From an uncultured virus (IMG/VR IMGVR_UViG_2681813236_000004) (taxonomy: Duplodnaviria; Heunggongvirae; Uroviricota; Caudoviricetes), in the IMG/VR virus record IMGVR_UViG_2681813236_000004: a stretch of DNA of 20,000 bases. One strand, written 5' to 3'. The notes beneath the pieces were generated by a model, which was given only the letters and a program-made list of their open reading frames with translations, made no database searches and was not told the DNA's origin. This document shows positions 6,923 to 16,412 of this stretch, piece by piece (position 1 is the stretch's first letter; each line of letters opens with the position of its first letter). A program made the position numbers and the translations under genes.

Positions 6923-7207
6923 GTGGCAAGTATTGCAACAAAAGACAGCATTTGTTCGGGGCACGGAGGATTCCCATCCAGGCCTCCTGTAGAGAGTGAA
7001 CCACTACTTAAAGTCAACGGAGTCGAAGTGTTAGTTGATGGTAAGCAATATGCACAGCATACCGATGGAAACAGTACGCACGGTGGGCAAGCTATATCAA
7101 CCAGGGCATGGTTTACCGTCAATGGTAAAGGGATCGTATGCGTTGGTGACCCTGTTTCATGCGGATCTACCGTAGCGTCCGGAGACGGCCTGGTTCAGGT
7201 AAGTTAG
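6923..7207 (+). CDS. upfC: PAAR-like tail spike tip protein
   Basis: 94 aa with GTG start. CSGHGGFPSRP, H..H, VNGKGIVCVGDPVSCGSTVASG: a PAAR/T4 gp5.4-like pattern. Confidence 0.88.
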   Translation: MASIATKDSICSGHGGFPSRPPVESEPLLKVNGVEVLVDGKQYAQHTDGNSTHGGQAISTRAWFTVNGKGIVCVGDPVSCGSTVASGDGLVQVS

Positions 7208-7215
7208 GAGATATC

Positions 7216-8004
7216 ATGCTGGAAAAAGACTACCAGTTATCCGCATATAAAAAATTGGCCGCCGCCGGTGGGATGAAAACACCTGGTGCCATAACATCGG
7301 CACGAAACAGTGCTAACACAGCAAAACTGCTTGCAGAAGAATTGACCGGATTAATTCTGGATACAATTGTCTATCCTGACACTATTACCAGCTATGTTTC
7401 AACGATCAGAACAACCACAACCGGCTTAACGAACATTGGAGAACTGGCAACTAAGCACGCGGACCTGTTGGCTGGTTATGCCGATCTGTCAATGCTGCTT
7501 CAACTCGATATTGGTTGGGATGTTTACTGCCGTGCTAATGAGCGAGAAGTTTCAGAACTGCCGATCTCTATTGCCATTGGTGATGTGAATATTACTAAAT
7601 CGCTTGAGGACGCTGTTAACGCGCTTAATACATCAAGTTTAGTCGCTGCTATGGGGGAGATTAACCAGACCCTTAACACTGGCTCAGGAAGCTCGTCAGG
7701 CTCTGGTTCAGGCGGCGGCACTGCCACTCCCCCACCAGCACTAACAGAAGAGCAAATTGAATCTCTGAAAGTAGCAACTGAACAGTTTGGGGTTGTTTTC
7801 AACCAGACAACAGCGCCCACAACTGCGTTACAACAGCAGTATGAACGAGCGAATGAAAGCGCCAACGTAGCCATAACTGCTTATAACCATGCTATCGGTA
7901 CCGCGCTTGCGGAAGCATCAGCAAATAAGGCCAGCACAGCCAGCGCAGTTGCCGCTTTGGTTCCTGATTCTGTTCTTGATGAATTAAACAAAGCGGCACA
8001 GTAA
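7216..8004 (+). CDS. upfB: Putative virion-associated protein
   Basis: 262 aa from the ATG at 7216 with an AGGAG RBS. Ala/Thr-rich with a GS linker. Name from P1 synteny. Confidence 0.75.
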   Translation: MLEKDYQLSAYKKLAAAGGMKTPGAITSARNSANTAKLLAEELTGLILDTIVYPDTITSYVSTIRTTTTGLTNIGELATKHADLLAGYADLSMLLQLDIGWDVYCRANEREVSELPISIAIGDVNITKSLEDAVNALNTSSLVAAMGEINQTLNTGSGSSSGSGSGGGTATPPPALTEEQIESLKVATEQFGVVFNQTTAPTTALQQQYERANESANVAITAYNHAIGTALAEASANKASTASAVAALVPDSVLDELNKAAQ

Positions 8005-8043
8005 CAAAGGACTTCATTGATAATTTTTCTTCAGGAGGAAGAC

Positions 8044-8466
8044 ATGTCATTCTTTTCTACGTTAAAAACAGCTTTGTCTTTGAAGGAGAAACTTGCTGCT
8101 ACTGGTGTTCTTGTTCTGATTTGCGCACTTGTTGGTGCTGGGTTTGCATGGGAACGTCATCAGCTAAAGCAAGCCATGGAGAAAATTGGCAGTCTTGATC
8201 AGGCTGTTAAGGAACGTGATAAGTCAATAATGGATCTTAACCAGACCATTGAGACGATGAACAAAGCAGAGCAACATTTTCACAGCCAGGAAGTGAAAAA
8301 TGAATCAGAACAAGCCAAATATGCTGACAGGCAAATGGAACGAAAAGCTGAAGTTCAGAAACAACTGGTTGCGGCGGGTAATGTTCGCCAGCGTATTCCT
8401 GCTGACACTCAGCGGTTGCTCCGGGAGTCGATCAGCGAATTTAACGCCGACGCCGACAAAGGTTAA
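8044..8466 (+). CDS. ppfA: Putative inner-membrane spanin (Rz-like)
   Basis: AGGAGG RBS, one N-terminal TM (GVLVLICALVGAGFAW) followed by a coiled coil. Overlapped in the +1 frame by a lipoprotein gene. Confidence 0.75.
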   Translation: MSFFSTLKTALSLKEKLAATGVLVLICALVGAGFAWERHQLKQAMEKIGSLDQAVKERDKSIMDLNQTIETMNKAEQHFHSQEVKNESEQAKYADRQMERKAEVQKQLVAAGNVRQRIPADTQRLLRESISEFNADADKG

Positions 8467-8632
8467 CCACCCTGACCCAAAAAGTGCATTTATGTGCAGG
8501 ATGCCAGAGTTTAGCAGTGAATATTTTGATGATCTGCCAGCGTATATCCTCGATACAGAAACGATGCTGATGGGGATTAACAGGAAGAATCGCAACGTTA
8601 ATGATTACAACCGAGCTATTAGCGGTAACTAA
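8300..8632 (+). CDS. mlp: Putative outer-membrane lipoprotein spanin (Rz1-like); start codon uncertain (8300, 8321 or 8381)
   Basis: Basic region plus hydrophobic stretch plus lipobox LSGC, with a Pro-rich mature part. Overlaps the 3' half of the Rz-like gene. Confidence 0.7.
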   Translation: MNQNKPNMLTGKWNEKLKFRNNWLRRVMFASVFLLTLSGCSGSRSANLTPTPTKVNHPDPKSAFMCRMPEFSSEYFDDLPAYILDTETMLMGINRKNRNVNDYNRAISGN

Positions 8633-8643
8633 AAGGGATTTTT

Positions 8644-9036
8644 ATGTCTGATAAAGTAACAGTAAAGCAAACTATCAACAAAGCGACTTCAATCTACAAA
8701 ATTGAGCAAATCACTGTTGGCAAGCCAGGATCTGAACAATACCGTCGTGCTTTCGAGCTTGCCGATCAGCTTGGTTTAAAACACCCGGATTGCATTGAGC
8801 ATGTATTTCCGACCTATGCTGATGAGCAATGTACTCATGTTCTTACCGAAGAGGATTTTTTCAGCACTGAAGAACGAGAAGGCGTTGATCGCTGTATTGG
8901 TGTGATTTGCTCTTCAGTGAGTTATGAGTTATTCCCTAATGTCCATGAAGATGGTGGTATTGGATACCAATTCCTGTACGAAGGCGATGAGCTTAAATGT
9001 TATGAACATGGTCTTCTCATCGAAAGCATAGAATAA
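8644..9036 (+). CDS. upfA: Hypothetical phage protein
   Basis: 130-aa ORF with an AAGGGA RBS, immediately before oriR as in P1. Confidence 0.75.
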   Translation: MSDKVTVKQTINKATSIYKIEQITVGKPGSEQYRRAFELADQLGLKHPDCIEHVFPTYADEQCTHVLTEEDFFSTEEREGVDRCIGVICSSVSYELFPNVHEDGGIGYQFLYEGDELKCYEHGLLIESIE

Positions 9037-9050
9037 TACAGCTTCCTTCC

Positions 9051-9074
9051 AACCGGCTTTGTTGGCCGGTTTTT
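9051..9074 (+). terminator. Intrinsic terminator
   Basis: AACCGGC-TTTGTTG-GCCGGTT followed by a T-run. Confidence 0.65.
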
Positions 9075-9077
9075 CAC

Positions 9078-9336
9078 TTATCCACATTATCCACTGGATA
9101 GATCCAATAATTAGGTCCATACAGATCCCAATTAGATCCATATAGATCCCTGATCGTTGCAGGCCGCGCCACGTCTGGCCTAGAAGTGTATCGCGATGTG
9201 TGCTGGAGGGAAAACGATGTGTGCTGGCGGGATAAAAATGTGTGCTGACGGGTTGCTAATGTGTGCTGGCGGGATATAGGATGTGTGCTGACGGGAAAGC
9301 CTGGGTAGTTATCATCACTTATAAAAACTATCCACA
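9078..9336. other. oriR: Plasmid replication origin oriR (P1 type)
   Basis: Tandem DnaA boxes TTATCCACA/TTATCCACT (9078-9095), AGATCC(A/C) heptamer cluster (9100-9155), GC-rich spacer, five iterons, and right-hand DnaA-box-like 9-mers (9309-9336). Confidence 0.95.
9195..9298 (+). repeat. incC: incC: five 19-bp RepA iterons
   Basis: GATGTGTGCTGGAGGGAAA-like repeats start at 9195, 9216, 9237, 9258 and 9280 (21-22 bp period). Confidence 0.95.
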
Positions 9337-9354
9337 TAATTCGGAAAAAGTAAT

Positions 9355-10215
9355 ATGAATCAATCATTTATCTCCGATATTCTTTACGCAGACATTGAAA
9401 GTAAGGCAAAAGAACTAACAGTTAATTCAAACAACACTGTGCAGCCTGTAGCGTTGATGCGCTTGGGGGTATTCGTTCCGAAGCCATCAAAGAGCAAAGG
9501 AGAAAGTAAAGAGATTGATGCCACCAAAGCGTTTTCCCAGCTGGAGATAGCTAAAGCCGAGGGTTACGATGATATTAAAATCACCGGTCCTCGACTCGAT
9601 ATGGATACTGATTTCAAAACGTGGATCGGTGTCATCTACGCGTTCAGCAAATACGGCTTGTCTTCAAACACCATCCAGTTATCGTTTCAGGAGTTCGCTA
9701 AAGCCTGTGGTTTCCCCTCAAAACGTCTGGATGCGAAACTGCGTTTAACCATTCATGAATCACTTGGACGCTTGCGTAACAAGGGTATCGCTTTTAAGCG
9801 CGGAAAAGATGCTAAAGGCGGCTATCAGACTGGTCTGCTGAAGGTCGGGCGTTTTGATGCTGACCTTGATCTGATAGAGCTGGAGGCCGATTCGAAGCTC
9901 TGGGAGCTGTTCCAGCTTGATTATCGCGTTCTGTTGCAACACCACGCCTTGCGTGCTCTTCCGAAGAAAGAAGCTGCACAAGCCATTTACACTTTCATCG
10001 AAAGCCTTCCGCAGAACCCGTTGCCGCTATCGTTCGCGCGAATCCGTGAGCGCCTGGCTTTGCAGTCAGCTGTTGGCGAGCAAAACCGTATCATTAAGAA
10101 AGCGATAGAACAGCTTAAAACAATCGGCTATCTCGACTGTTCAATTGAGAAGAAAGGCCGGGAAAGTTTTGTAATCGTCCATTCTCGCAATCCAAAGCTG
10201 AAACTTCCCGAATAA
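9355..10215 (+). CDS. repA: Plasmid replication initiator RepA (P1/IncY)
   Basis: 286 aa, MNQSFISDILYADIESKAKELTVNSNNTVQPVALMRLGVFVPKP..., recognised as P1 RepA and flanked by iterons. Confidence 0.97.
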   Translation: MNQSFISDILYADIESKAKELTVNSNNTVQPVALMRLGVFVPKPSKSKGESKEIDATKAFSQLEIAKAEGYDDIKITGPRLDMDTDFKTWIGVIYAFSKYGLSSNTIQLSFQEFAKACGFPSKRLDAKLRLTIHESLGRLRNKGIAFKRGKDAKGGYQTGLLKVGRFDADLDLIELEADSKLWELFQLDYRVLLQHHALRALPKKEAAQAIYTFIESLPQNPLPLSFARIRERLALQSAVGEQNRIIKKAIEQLKTIGYLDCSIEKKGRESFVIVHSRNPKLKLPE

Positions 10216-10499
10216 GTGTGTGCTGGAGGGCAGCTGCATTTGAAAAATGTGCGCTGCCGGGAATGCCTGCCCATTTTCCTGTTTTTGGTGTGCGCTGGAG
10301 GGTTGCGCCACGCAGTTTGCCCAGACATTCCCTCCAGCACACATCTAACCATCCAAGTTTCCCTCCAGCGCACATCTAATCTTCTATCTTTCCCTTCAGC
10401 GCACATATTTGATACCAGCGATCCCTCCACAACACATAATTCAATGCGACTTCCCTCTATCGCACATTCTGGTCCTGCATCATCCCTCCAGCACACATC
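10214..10499. repeat. incA: incA copy-control locus: nine iterons (3 direct, 6 inverted)
   Basis: GTGTGCTGGAGGG-type copies at about 10214-10285, then six TCCCTCCAGCACACAT-type inverted copies at about 10328-10499. Confidence 0.92.
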
Positions 10500-10614
10500 T
10501 AATAGCCTCATCGCTATTTCTTTACGTGCAATAATTTACGCACGAATCAAAATAAGTTGCACGTAGCAGAATCAAACGTACAATTCACTCATACGAAATG
10601 ATAAGGAGATGATG

Positions 10615-11820
10615 ATGAAACGCGATTACGGCGGTGTCGGCACCATAGCTCTTCGTGCAAGCGCATTACTTAAGGCCATGAGTCAGGATATTGAAGATCA
10701 GCGCAAAGAGTTCAATCAGACCGAGTATTATCAGACGTTCACTCGTAACGCTGTGGCAAAGTTGCCGAAGCTGAGCCGCCGCATTGTGGAGCAGGCCATC
10801 AAAGAGATGGAAGATGATGGGTACCAGTTCAACAAGAAACAGGTCGGTAACGTTGAACAGTACGCGCTGACCATCCAGAACGTCATTGATATCTATGCCC
10901 ACCGTAAGATCCCAAAATATCGCGACATTCACAAATCGCCTTACGTTATTTTTGTCGTAAACCTGAAGGGTGGCGTATCCAAAACGGTTTCCACAGTCAC
11001 GTTGGCGCACGCTCTGCGTGTGCATCAGGATTTACTGCGTCACGATCTGCGCATTCTGGTAATTGACCTTGACCCTCAGGCATCCAGCACAATGTTCCTC
11101 GACCATACTCACAGTATTGGTTCCATCCTGGAAACCGCCGCGCAGGCGATGCTGAACGACCTGGACGCGGAGACGCTACGCAAAGAGGTGATTCGTCCGA
11201 CCATCGTTCCTGGCGTAGACGTGATTCCAGCCTCTATCGACGATGGCTTTGTTGCCAGCCAATGGAAAGAGCTGGTTGAAGAGCATCTTCCCGGACAAAA
11301 TCAGTACGAAATCCTTCGACGCAATATCATTGATCGTGTTGCGGATGATTATGACTTTATCTTTATTGATACCGGTCCACACCTGGATCCGTTCCTGCTC
11401 AACGGTCTGGCGGCCAGCGATTTGCTGCTTACCCCTACCCCACCAGCCCAGGTTGACTTCCACTCAACACTGAAATATCTCACCCGTCTGCCAGAAATGC
11501 TGGAGCAACTGGAGGAGGAAGGCGTAGAACCGCGTTTAAGCGCCAGCATTGGTTTTATGTCGAAGATGACCGGCAAGCGCGATCACGAGACATCACACAG
11601 CCTTGCGCGTGAGGTTTACGCCAGCAACATTCTGGACTCTTCTCTACCTCGTCTGGATGGATTTGAGCGATGCGGCGAGTCTTTCGACACCGTAATCAGT
11701 GCCAACCCGCAATCGTATCCAGGCAGTGCAGAGGCGCTGAAGAAGGCTCGAACCGAGGCCGAGCGTTTCACTAAGGCTGTGTTTGATCGAATTGAGTTTG
11801 TTAGGGGTGAGGCGGCATGA
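10615..11820 (+). CDS. parA: Type Ia partition ATPase ParA (P7-like)
   Basis: Deviant Walker A KGGVSKT, IDLDPQ, FIDTGP. Start at 10615 gives the best spacing to the AAGGAG RBS (401 aa). Confidence 0.96.
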   Translation: MKRDYGGVGTIALRASALLKAMSQDIEDQRKEFNQTEYYQTFTRNAVAKLPKLSRRIVEQAIKEMEDDGYQFNKKQVGNVEQYALTIQNVIDIYAHRKIPKYRDIHKSPYVIFVVNLKGGVSKTVSTVTLAHALRVHQDLLRHDLRILVIDLDPQASSTMFLDHTHSIGSILETAAQAMLNDLDAETLRKEVIRPTIVPGVDVIPASIDDGFVASQWKELVEEHLPGQNQYEILRRNIIDRVADDYDFIFIDTGPHLDPFLLNGLAASDLLLTPTPPAQVDFHSTLKYLTRLPEMLEQLEEEGVEPRLSASIGFMSKMTGKRDHETSHSLAREVYASNILDSSLPRLDGFERCGESFDTVISANPQSYPGSAEALKKARTEAERFTKAVFDRIEFVRGEAA

Positions 11821-12782
11821 AAAAAATAGTTTCCCGTGGACGAGTGCTGGGCAAGAATAGCTCCGAGTTTGCTCGCATGCTTGAAGGCAGTGAAGGCACC
11901 AAAACCTTTACCCTAAAATCTGGCCGCCAGGCTAAATTTTTGCTTACCGTTGTGCTGAGTGGTGAGATTGAGTCGCGCACGTTCGTTGACCCGGCAGTTA
12001 ACGGCCGCGATCAGTCTCTGCTCACCCCTGAGTCGGTAAGCGATATTTCCCGCACCATTAAATTGCAACAGTTCTTCCCGGCTATCGGTCGTATGGTTGG
12101 GGAGCGCATTGAGGTATTGGACGGATCACGTCGCCGCGCTGCGTGTATCTTCAATGAAACGAAATTTGAGATTCTGGTGACGAAAGATGAGATCAGCCTG
12201 GCGGATGCACGCCAGCTGGCCATTGATATCCAGACAGCCCGCGAACACACCCTGCGCGAACTGGGTAAACGCTTCGAGGTTATGTATGGTAAGAGCATGA
12301 CCAAAGAAGAGATCGCCCGCGCTGAGAACATTTCAAAGGCTAAAGTTACGCGCGCGTTCCAGGCGGCAGCGGTGCCGGATGAGATGATTGCTGTCTTCCC
12401 TGTTGCCAGCGATCTCGCCCTGCCAGATTACCAGTTACTGCTCCAGATCTCCGAGGATGCCAACGCTAAAAGCGTGCCTATTGAAGAGCTGGTTGATACG
12501 GTGCGCGAACGAATTGCAGAGACTGAGGGCGCGAAAGAGGATAAAGCGAAGATACTGGCTATCTTCAAAGCGGAAAGCAAAAGCCTGAAGCCCGCGCCGG
12601 TTAAATCTGTGGTGGTTGAGAAGCTGCGAGACTTCTCTGACCGTCGCCAATATGCTCGAAAGAAGTCCGATCCGAAAAAACGGGTTGTCGCCTACGAGTT
12701 CTCCAGACTCCCGTCTGAAGTGCAAACTGAAATTGACGAAGCAATAAAAAAAATCATTGGGAAAATGTCTGCTGGGGAATAA
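11817..12782 (+). CDS. parB: Partition protein ParB (P7-like)
   Basis: 321 aa with the ParB CTPase motif DGSRRR and an HTH (TKEEIARAENISKAKVTRAF). ATGA overlap with parA. Confidence 0.95.
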   Translation: MKKIVSRGRVLGKNSSEFARMLEGSEGTKTFTLKSGRQAKFLLTVVLSGEIESRTFVDPAVNGRDQSLLTPESVSDISRTIKLQQFFPAIGRMVGERIEVLDGSRRRAACIFNETKFEILVTKDEISLADARQLAIDIQTAREHTLRELGKRFEVMYGKSMTKEEIARAENISKAKVTRAFQAAAVPDEMIAVFPVASDLALPDYQLLLQISEDANAKSVPIEELVDTVRERIAETEGAKEDKAKILAIFKAESKSLKPAPVKSVVVEKLRDFSDRRQYARKKSDPKKRVVAYEFSRLPSEVQTEIDEAIKKIIGKMSAGE

Positions 12783-12827
12783 TCCCGCTGGTGGGAGGTG
12801 GTGTTAGCCCCTCCCCTTTCTAAAATG

Positions 12828-12909
12828 TCCCGCACCAATTTCATTGATAACATTATGATTTGCATGTGTTTTTTAGGAGAATTTCAGACTGAAATTCCCA
12901 CGATTTAAC
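12828..12909. promoter_or_regulatory. parS: Centromere-like partition site parS (P1/P7 family)
   Basis: Box B-like TCCCGC/TCCCAC hexamers and box A heptamers ATTTCAT, ATTTCAG, CTGAAAT, ATTTAAC flank an AT-rich central (IHF-site-like) spacer, directly after parB. Confidence 0.8.
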
Positions 12910-12976
12910 GCCTGCATTCACCGTCCACTTCCCCGCACAAAAAATTTAAAAAATTACTTTTCGCGAGAAAGTCAAC

Positions 12977-12995
12977 AAGTGACTTTCAATAAAAT
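12977..12995 (+). promoter_or_regulatory. Putative Lpa-dependent late promoter of gene 23
   Basis: AAGTGACTT-N4-TAAAAT upstream of the capsid gene. Confidence 0.7.
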
Positions 12996-13046
12996 CTCTT
13001 CCGAAAAGGGATTCACACAAGTGCCTTGTGTTTAAGGAAGAGTAAC

Positions 13047-14753
13047 TTGAGTAACTTACGCGAATACCAGAATCGTATTGCAGATATCGCAAAACGCTCT
13101 AAAGCCGTTCTTGGCTGGGCAAGTACAGCACAGTTCGGTACTGATAACCAATTCATCAAAGATGATGCCGCGCGTGCCGCATCTATCCTTGAAGCTGCAC
13201 GTAAAGACCCAATTTTTGCGGGTATCTCTGATAATGCCACCGCTCAAATTGCTACCGCGTGGGCAAGTGCACTGGCTGACTACGCCGCAGCACATAAATC
13301 TATGCCGCGTCCGGAAATTCTGGCCTCCTGCCACCAGACGCTGGAAAACTGCCTGATTGAGTCCACCCGCAATAGCATGGATGCCACTAATAAAGCGATG
13401 CTGGAATCCGTCGCAGCAGAGATGATGAGCGTTTCTGACGGTGTTATGCGTCTGCCTTTATTCCTCGCGATGATCCTGCCTGTTCAGTTGGGGGCAGCTA
13501 CCGCTGATGCGTGTACCTTCATTCCGGTTACGCGTGACCAGTCCGACATCTATGAAGTCTTTAACGTGGCAGGTTCCTCTTTTGGTTCTTATGCTGCTGG
13601 TGATGTTCTGGACATGCAATCCGTCGGTGTGTACAGCCAGTTACGCCGCCGCTATGTGCTGGTGGCAAGCTCCGATGGCACCAGCAAAACCGCAACCTTC
13701 AAGATGGAAGACTTCGAAGGCCAGAATGTACCAATCCGAAAAGGTCGCACTAACATCTACGTTAACCGTATTAAGTCTGTTGTTGATAACGGTTCCGGCA
13801 GCCTACTTCACTCGTTTACTAATGCTGCTGGTGAGCAAATCACTGTTACCTGCTCTCTGAACTACAACATTGGTCAGATTGCCCTGTCGTTCTCCAAAGC
13901 GCCGGATAAAGGCACTGAGATCGCAATTGAGACGGAAATCAATATTGAAGCCGCTCCTGAGCTGATCCCGCTGATCAACCACGAAATGAAGAAATACACC
14001 CTGTTCCCAAGCCAGTTCGTTATCGCGGCTGAGCACACGGTACAGGCGGCGTATGAAGCACAGCGTGAATTTGGTCTGGACCTGGGTTCCCTACAGTTCC
14101 GCACCCTGAAGGAATACCTGTCTCATGAACAGGATATGCTGCGTCTTCGCATCATGATCTGGCGTACTCTTGCGACCGACACCTTTGACATCGCTCTGCC
14201 GGTTAACCAGTCCTTTGATGTATGGGCAACCATCATTCGTGGCAAATTCCAGACTGTATATCGCGACATTATTGAGCGCGTTAAATCTTCTGGTGCGATG
14301 GGGATGTTTGCTGGTGCTGATGCAGCATCTTTCTTCAAACAGTTGCCGAAGGATTTCTTCCAGCCAGCCGAAGACTATATCCAGACTCCGTATGTTCACT
14401 ACATCGGTACCCTGTTCGGTAACGTGAAAGTGTACGAAGTACCTGCTGGTATTTGTAAGAACTTAACGACAGAGAACATTCAGTTCAGCTCGATGGATGT
14501 GCTGTGCTACGTCCGTGATGAAAATCCGGGTAAAGCAGGCTTCGTGACTGGTGATGCTGTCCCGGCTATCCCGTTCCAGCATCCGACCACTCCGGCGCTG
14601 GTCAACCGTACCACACTGTGGGGTTCGGCTATCAACGATATGCACCCACGCAACGGCGCTGATTACTTCACTCGTGTAACGCTGACAATGGCCAAAAAAG
14701 GCGGGCTTAACTTCATAAGCGGCGACACGATTGATGCCGGTGACTCTGAGTAA
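13047..14753 (+). CDS. 23: Major capsid protein precursor (P1 gp23)
   Basis: Long ORF with a probable TTG start at 13047 after an AAGGAAG RBS (MSNLREYQNRIADIAKRS...). P1 synteny parB-23-22-21. Confidence 0.88.
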   Translation: MSNLREYQNRIADIAKRSKAVLGWASTAQFGTDNQFIKDDAARAASILEAARKDPIFAGISDNATAQIATAWASALADYAAAHKSMPRPEILASCHQTLENCLIESTRNSMDATNKAMLESVAAEMMSVSDGVMRLPLFLAMILPVQLGAATADACTFIPVTRDQSDIYEVFNVAGSSFGSYAAGDVLDMQSVGVYSQLRRRYVLVASSDGTSKTATFKMEDFEGQNVPIRKGRTNIYVNRIKSVVDNGSGSLLHSFTNAAGEQITVTCSLNYNIGQIALSFSKAPDKGTEIAIETEINIEAAPELIPLINHEMKKYTLFPSQFVIAAEHTVQAAYEAQREFGLDLGSLQFRTLKEYLSHEQDMLRLRIMIWRTLATDTFDIALPVNQSFDVWATIIRGKFQTVYRDIIERVKSSGAMGMFAGADAASFFKQLPKDFFQPAEDYIQTPYVHYIGTLFGNVKVYEVPAGICKNLTTENIQFSSMDVLCYVRDENPGKAGFVTGDAVPAIPFQHPTTPALVNRTTLWGSAINDMHPRNGADYFTRVTLTMAKKGGLNFISGDTIDAGDSE

Positions 14754-14813
14754 TCAGGGGAAGTTCTCCGTTTAACATAGCGCCCCCGTGCGGGGCGCAT
14801 AACAGGGAAAGTT

Positions 14814-16403
14814 ATGTCTCAATATTCAATTCAACAGTCATTAGGTAATGCATCCGGCGTCGCGGTTAGCCCGATCAATGCCGATGCTACGTTATCTACC
14901 GGTGTTGCATTAAATAGCAGCTTGTGGGCTGGTATTGGCGTATTTGCGCGTGGCAAGCCGTTTACTGTTCTTGCGGTTACTGAGTCCAATTACGAAGATG
15001 TTCTCGGCGAACCGCTGAAGCCGTCTTCCGGCTCACAGTTCGAACCAATTCGCCATGTGTACGAAGCTATTCAGCAAACGTCTGGTTATGTTGTCCGTGC
15101 TGTTCCGGATGATGCGAAGTTCCCGATTATTATGTTCGATGAATCAGGCGAACCGGCTTACAGTGCGTTGCCATATGGTTCTGAAATTGAACTTGATAGC
15201 GGCGAAGCCTTTGCTATCTACGTTGATGATGGTGATCCGTGTATTTCACCTACCCGTGAGTTAACCATCGAAACGGCAACAGCGGACAGCGCGGGTAATG
15301 AACGCTTCCTCTTAAAACTGACCCAGACGACTTCGCTCGGTGTGGTAACGACCCTGGAGACACACACTGTGTCTTTGGCGGAAGAAGCGAAAGATGACAT
15401 GGGCCGCTTGTGTTATCTGCCTACGGCTCTGGAAGCCCGTTCTAAATATCTGCGCGCGGTTGTTAATGAAGATCTGATTTCTACAGCGAAAGTAACAAAC
15501 AAAAAATCGTTGGCGTTCACTGGTGGTACCAACGGTGATCAGTCGAAAATCTCAACCGCTGCGTACCTGCGTGCGGTGAAAGTGCTGAACAATGCGCCGT
15601 ACATGTACACCGCTGTTCTTGGCTTGGGCTGCTATGACAATGCGGCTATCACCGCATTAGGTAAAATCTGTGCAGATCGCCTGATTGATGGCTTCTTTGA
15701 TGTCAAACCGACATTGACGTACACGGAAGCGATCTCTGCTGTTGAAGATACCGGTTTACTTGGTACCGATTATGTAAGCTGTGCTGTCTATCACTTCCCG
15801 TTCTCCTGCAAAGACAAATGGACCCAATCCCGTGTGGTCTTCGGTCTGTCTGGCTCGGCGTATGCGGCGAAAGCTCGTGGCGTCAAGAAAAACTCTGATG
15901 TCGGCGGTTGGCATTACTCACCGGCTGGTGAAGAACGTGCCGTCATTGCTCGAGCGTCAATTCAACCGCTGTATCCGGAAGATACCCCGGACGAAGAAGC
16001 AATGGTCAAGGGCCGTCTCAATAAAGTATCTGTTGGCACCTCTGGCCAGATGATCATCGACGATGCTTTAACTTGCTGCACGCAGGATAACTATCTGCAC
16101 TTCCAGCACGTCCCATCCCTGATGAATGCAATCAGCCGTTTCTTTGTCCAGTTAGCCCGACAGATGAAGCATAGCCCGGACGGTATTACTGCGGCTGGTC
16201 TGACTAAAGGGATGACCAAACTTTTAGATCGCTTTGTCGCCTCCGGCGCTCTGGTGGCTCCTCGTGATCCTGATGCTGACGGTACAGAACCGTATGTGCT
16301 GAAAGTTACGCAGGCGGAATTCGATAAATGGGAAGCAGTCTGGGCCTGCTGCCCGACTGGCGTAGCCCGTCGTATCCAGGGCGTACCGCTGCTTATTAAG
16401 TAA
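14814..16403 (+). CDS. 22: Contractile tail sheath protein (P1 gp22)
   Basis: 529 aa with sheath-like features (FARGKPF, LAFTGGTNG, WHYSPAGEERA). Synteny with P1. Confidence 0.88.
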   Translation: MSQYSIQQSLGNASGVAVSPINADATLSTGVALNSSLWAGIGVFARGKPFTVLAVTESNYEDVLGEPLKPSSGSQFEPIRHVYEAIQQTSGYVVRAVPDDAKFPIIMFDESGEPAYSALPYGSEIELDSGEAFAIYVDDGDPCISPTRELTIETATADSAGNERFLLKLTQTTSLGVVTTLETHTVSLAEEAKDDMGRLCYLPTALEARSKYLRAVVNEDLISTAKVTNKKSLAFTGGTNGDQSKISTAAYLRAVKVLNNAPYMYTAVLGLGCYDNAAITALGKICADRLIDGFFDVKPTLTYTEAISAVEDTGLLGTDYVSCAVYHFPFSCKDKWTQSRVVFGLSGSAYAAKARGVKKNSDVGGWHYSPAGEERAVIARASIQPLYPEDTPDEEAMVKGRLNKVSVGTSGQMIIDDALTCCTQDNYLHFQHVPSLMNAISRFFVQLARQMKHSPDGITAAGLTKGMTKLLDRFVASGALVAPRDPDADGTEPYVLKVTQAEFDKWEAVWACCPTGVARRIQGVPLLIK

Positions 16404-16412
16404 GGGAATACA

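Noticed and set aside
9074..10566. ORFs over oriR and incA (e.g. 9074-9367, 10128-10511, 10216-10566)
   Set aside because: They are translations of iteron repeats (RQHT, CAGG periodicity), not genes.
14780..14798. GC hairpin between genes 23 and 22
   Set aside because: It has no U-tract. It is likely an ordinary mRNA stability or stoichiometry element, so it was not called a terminator.
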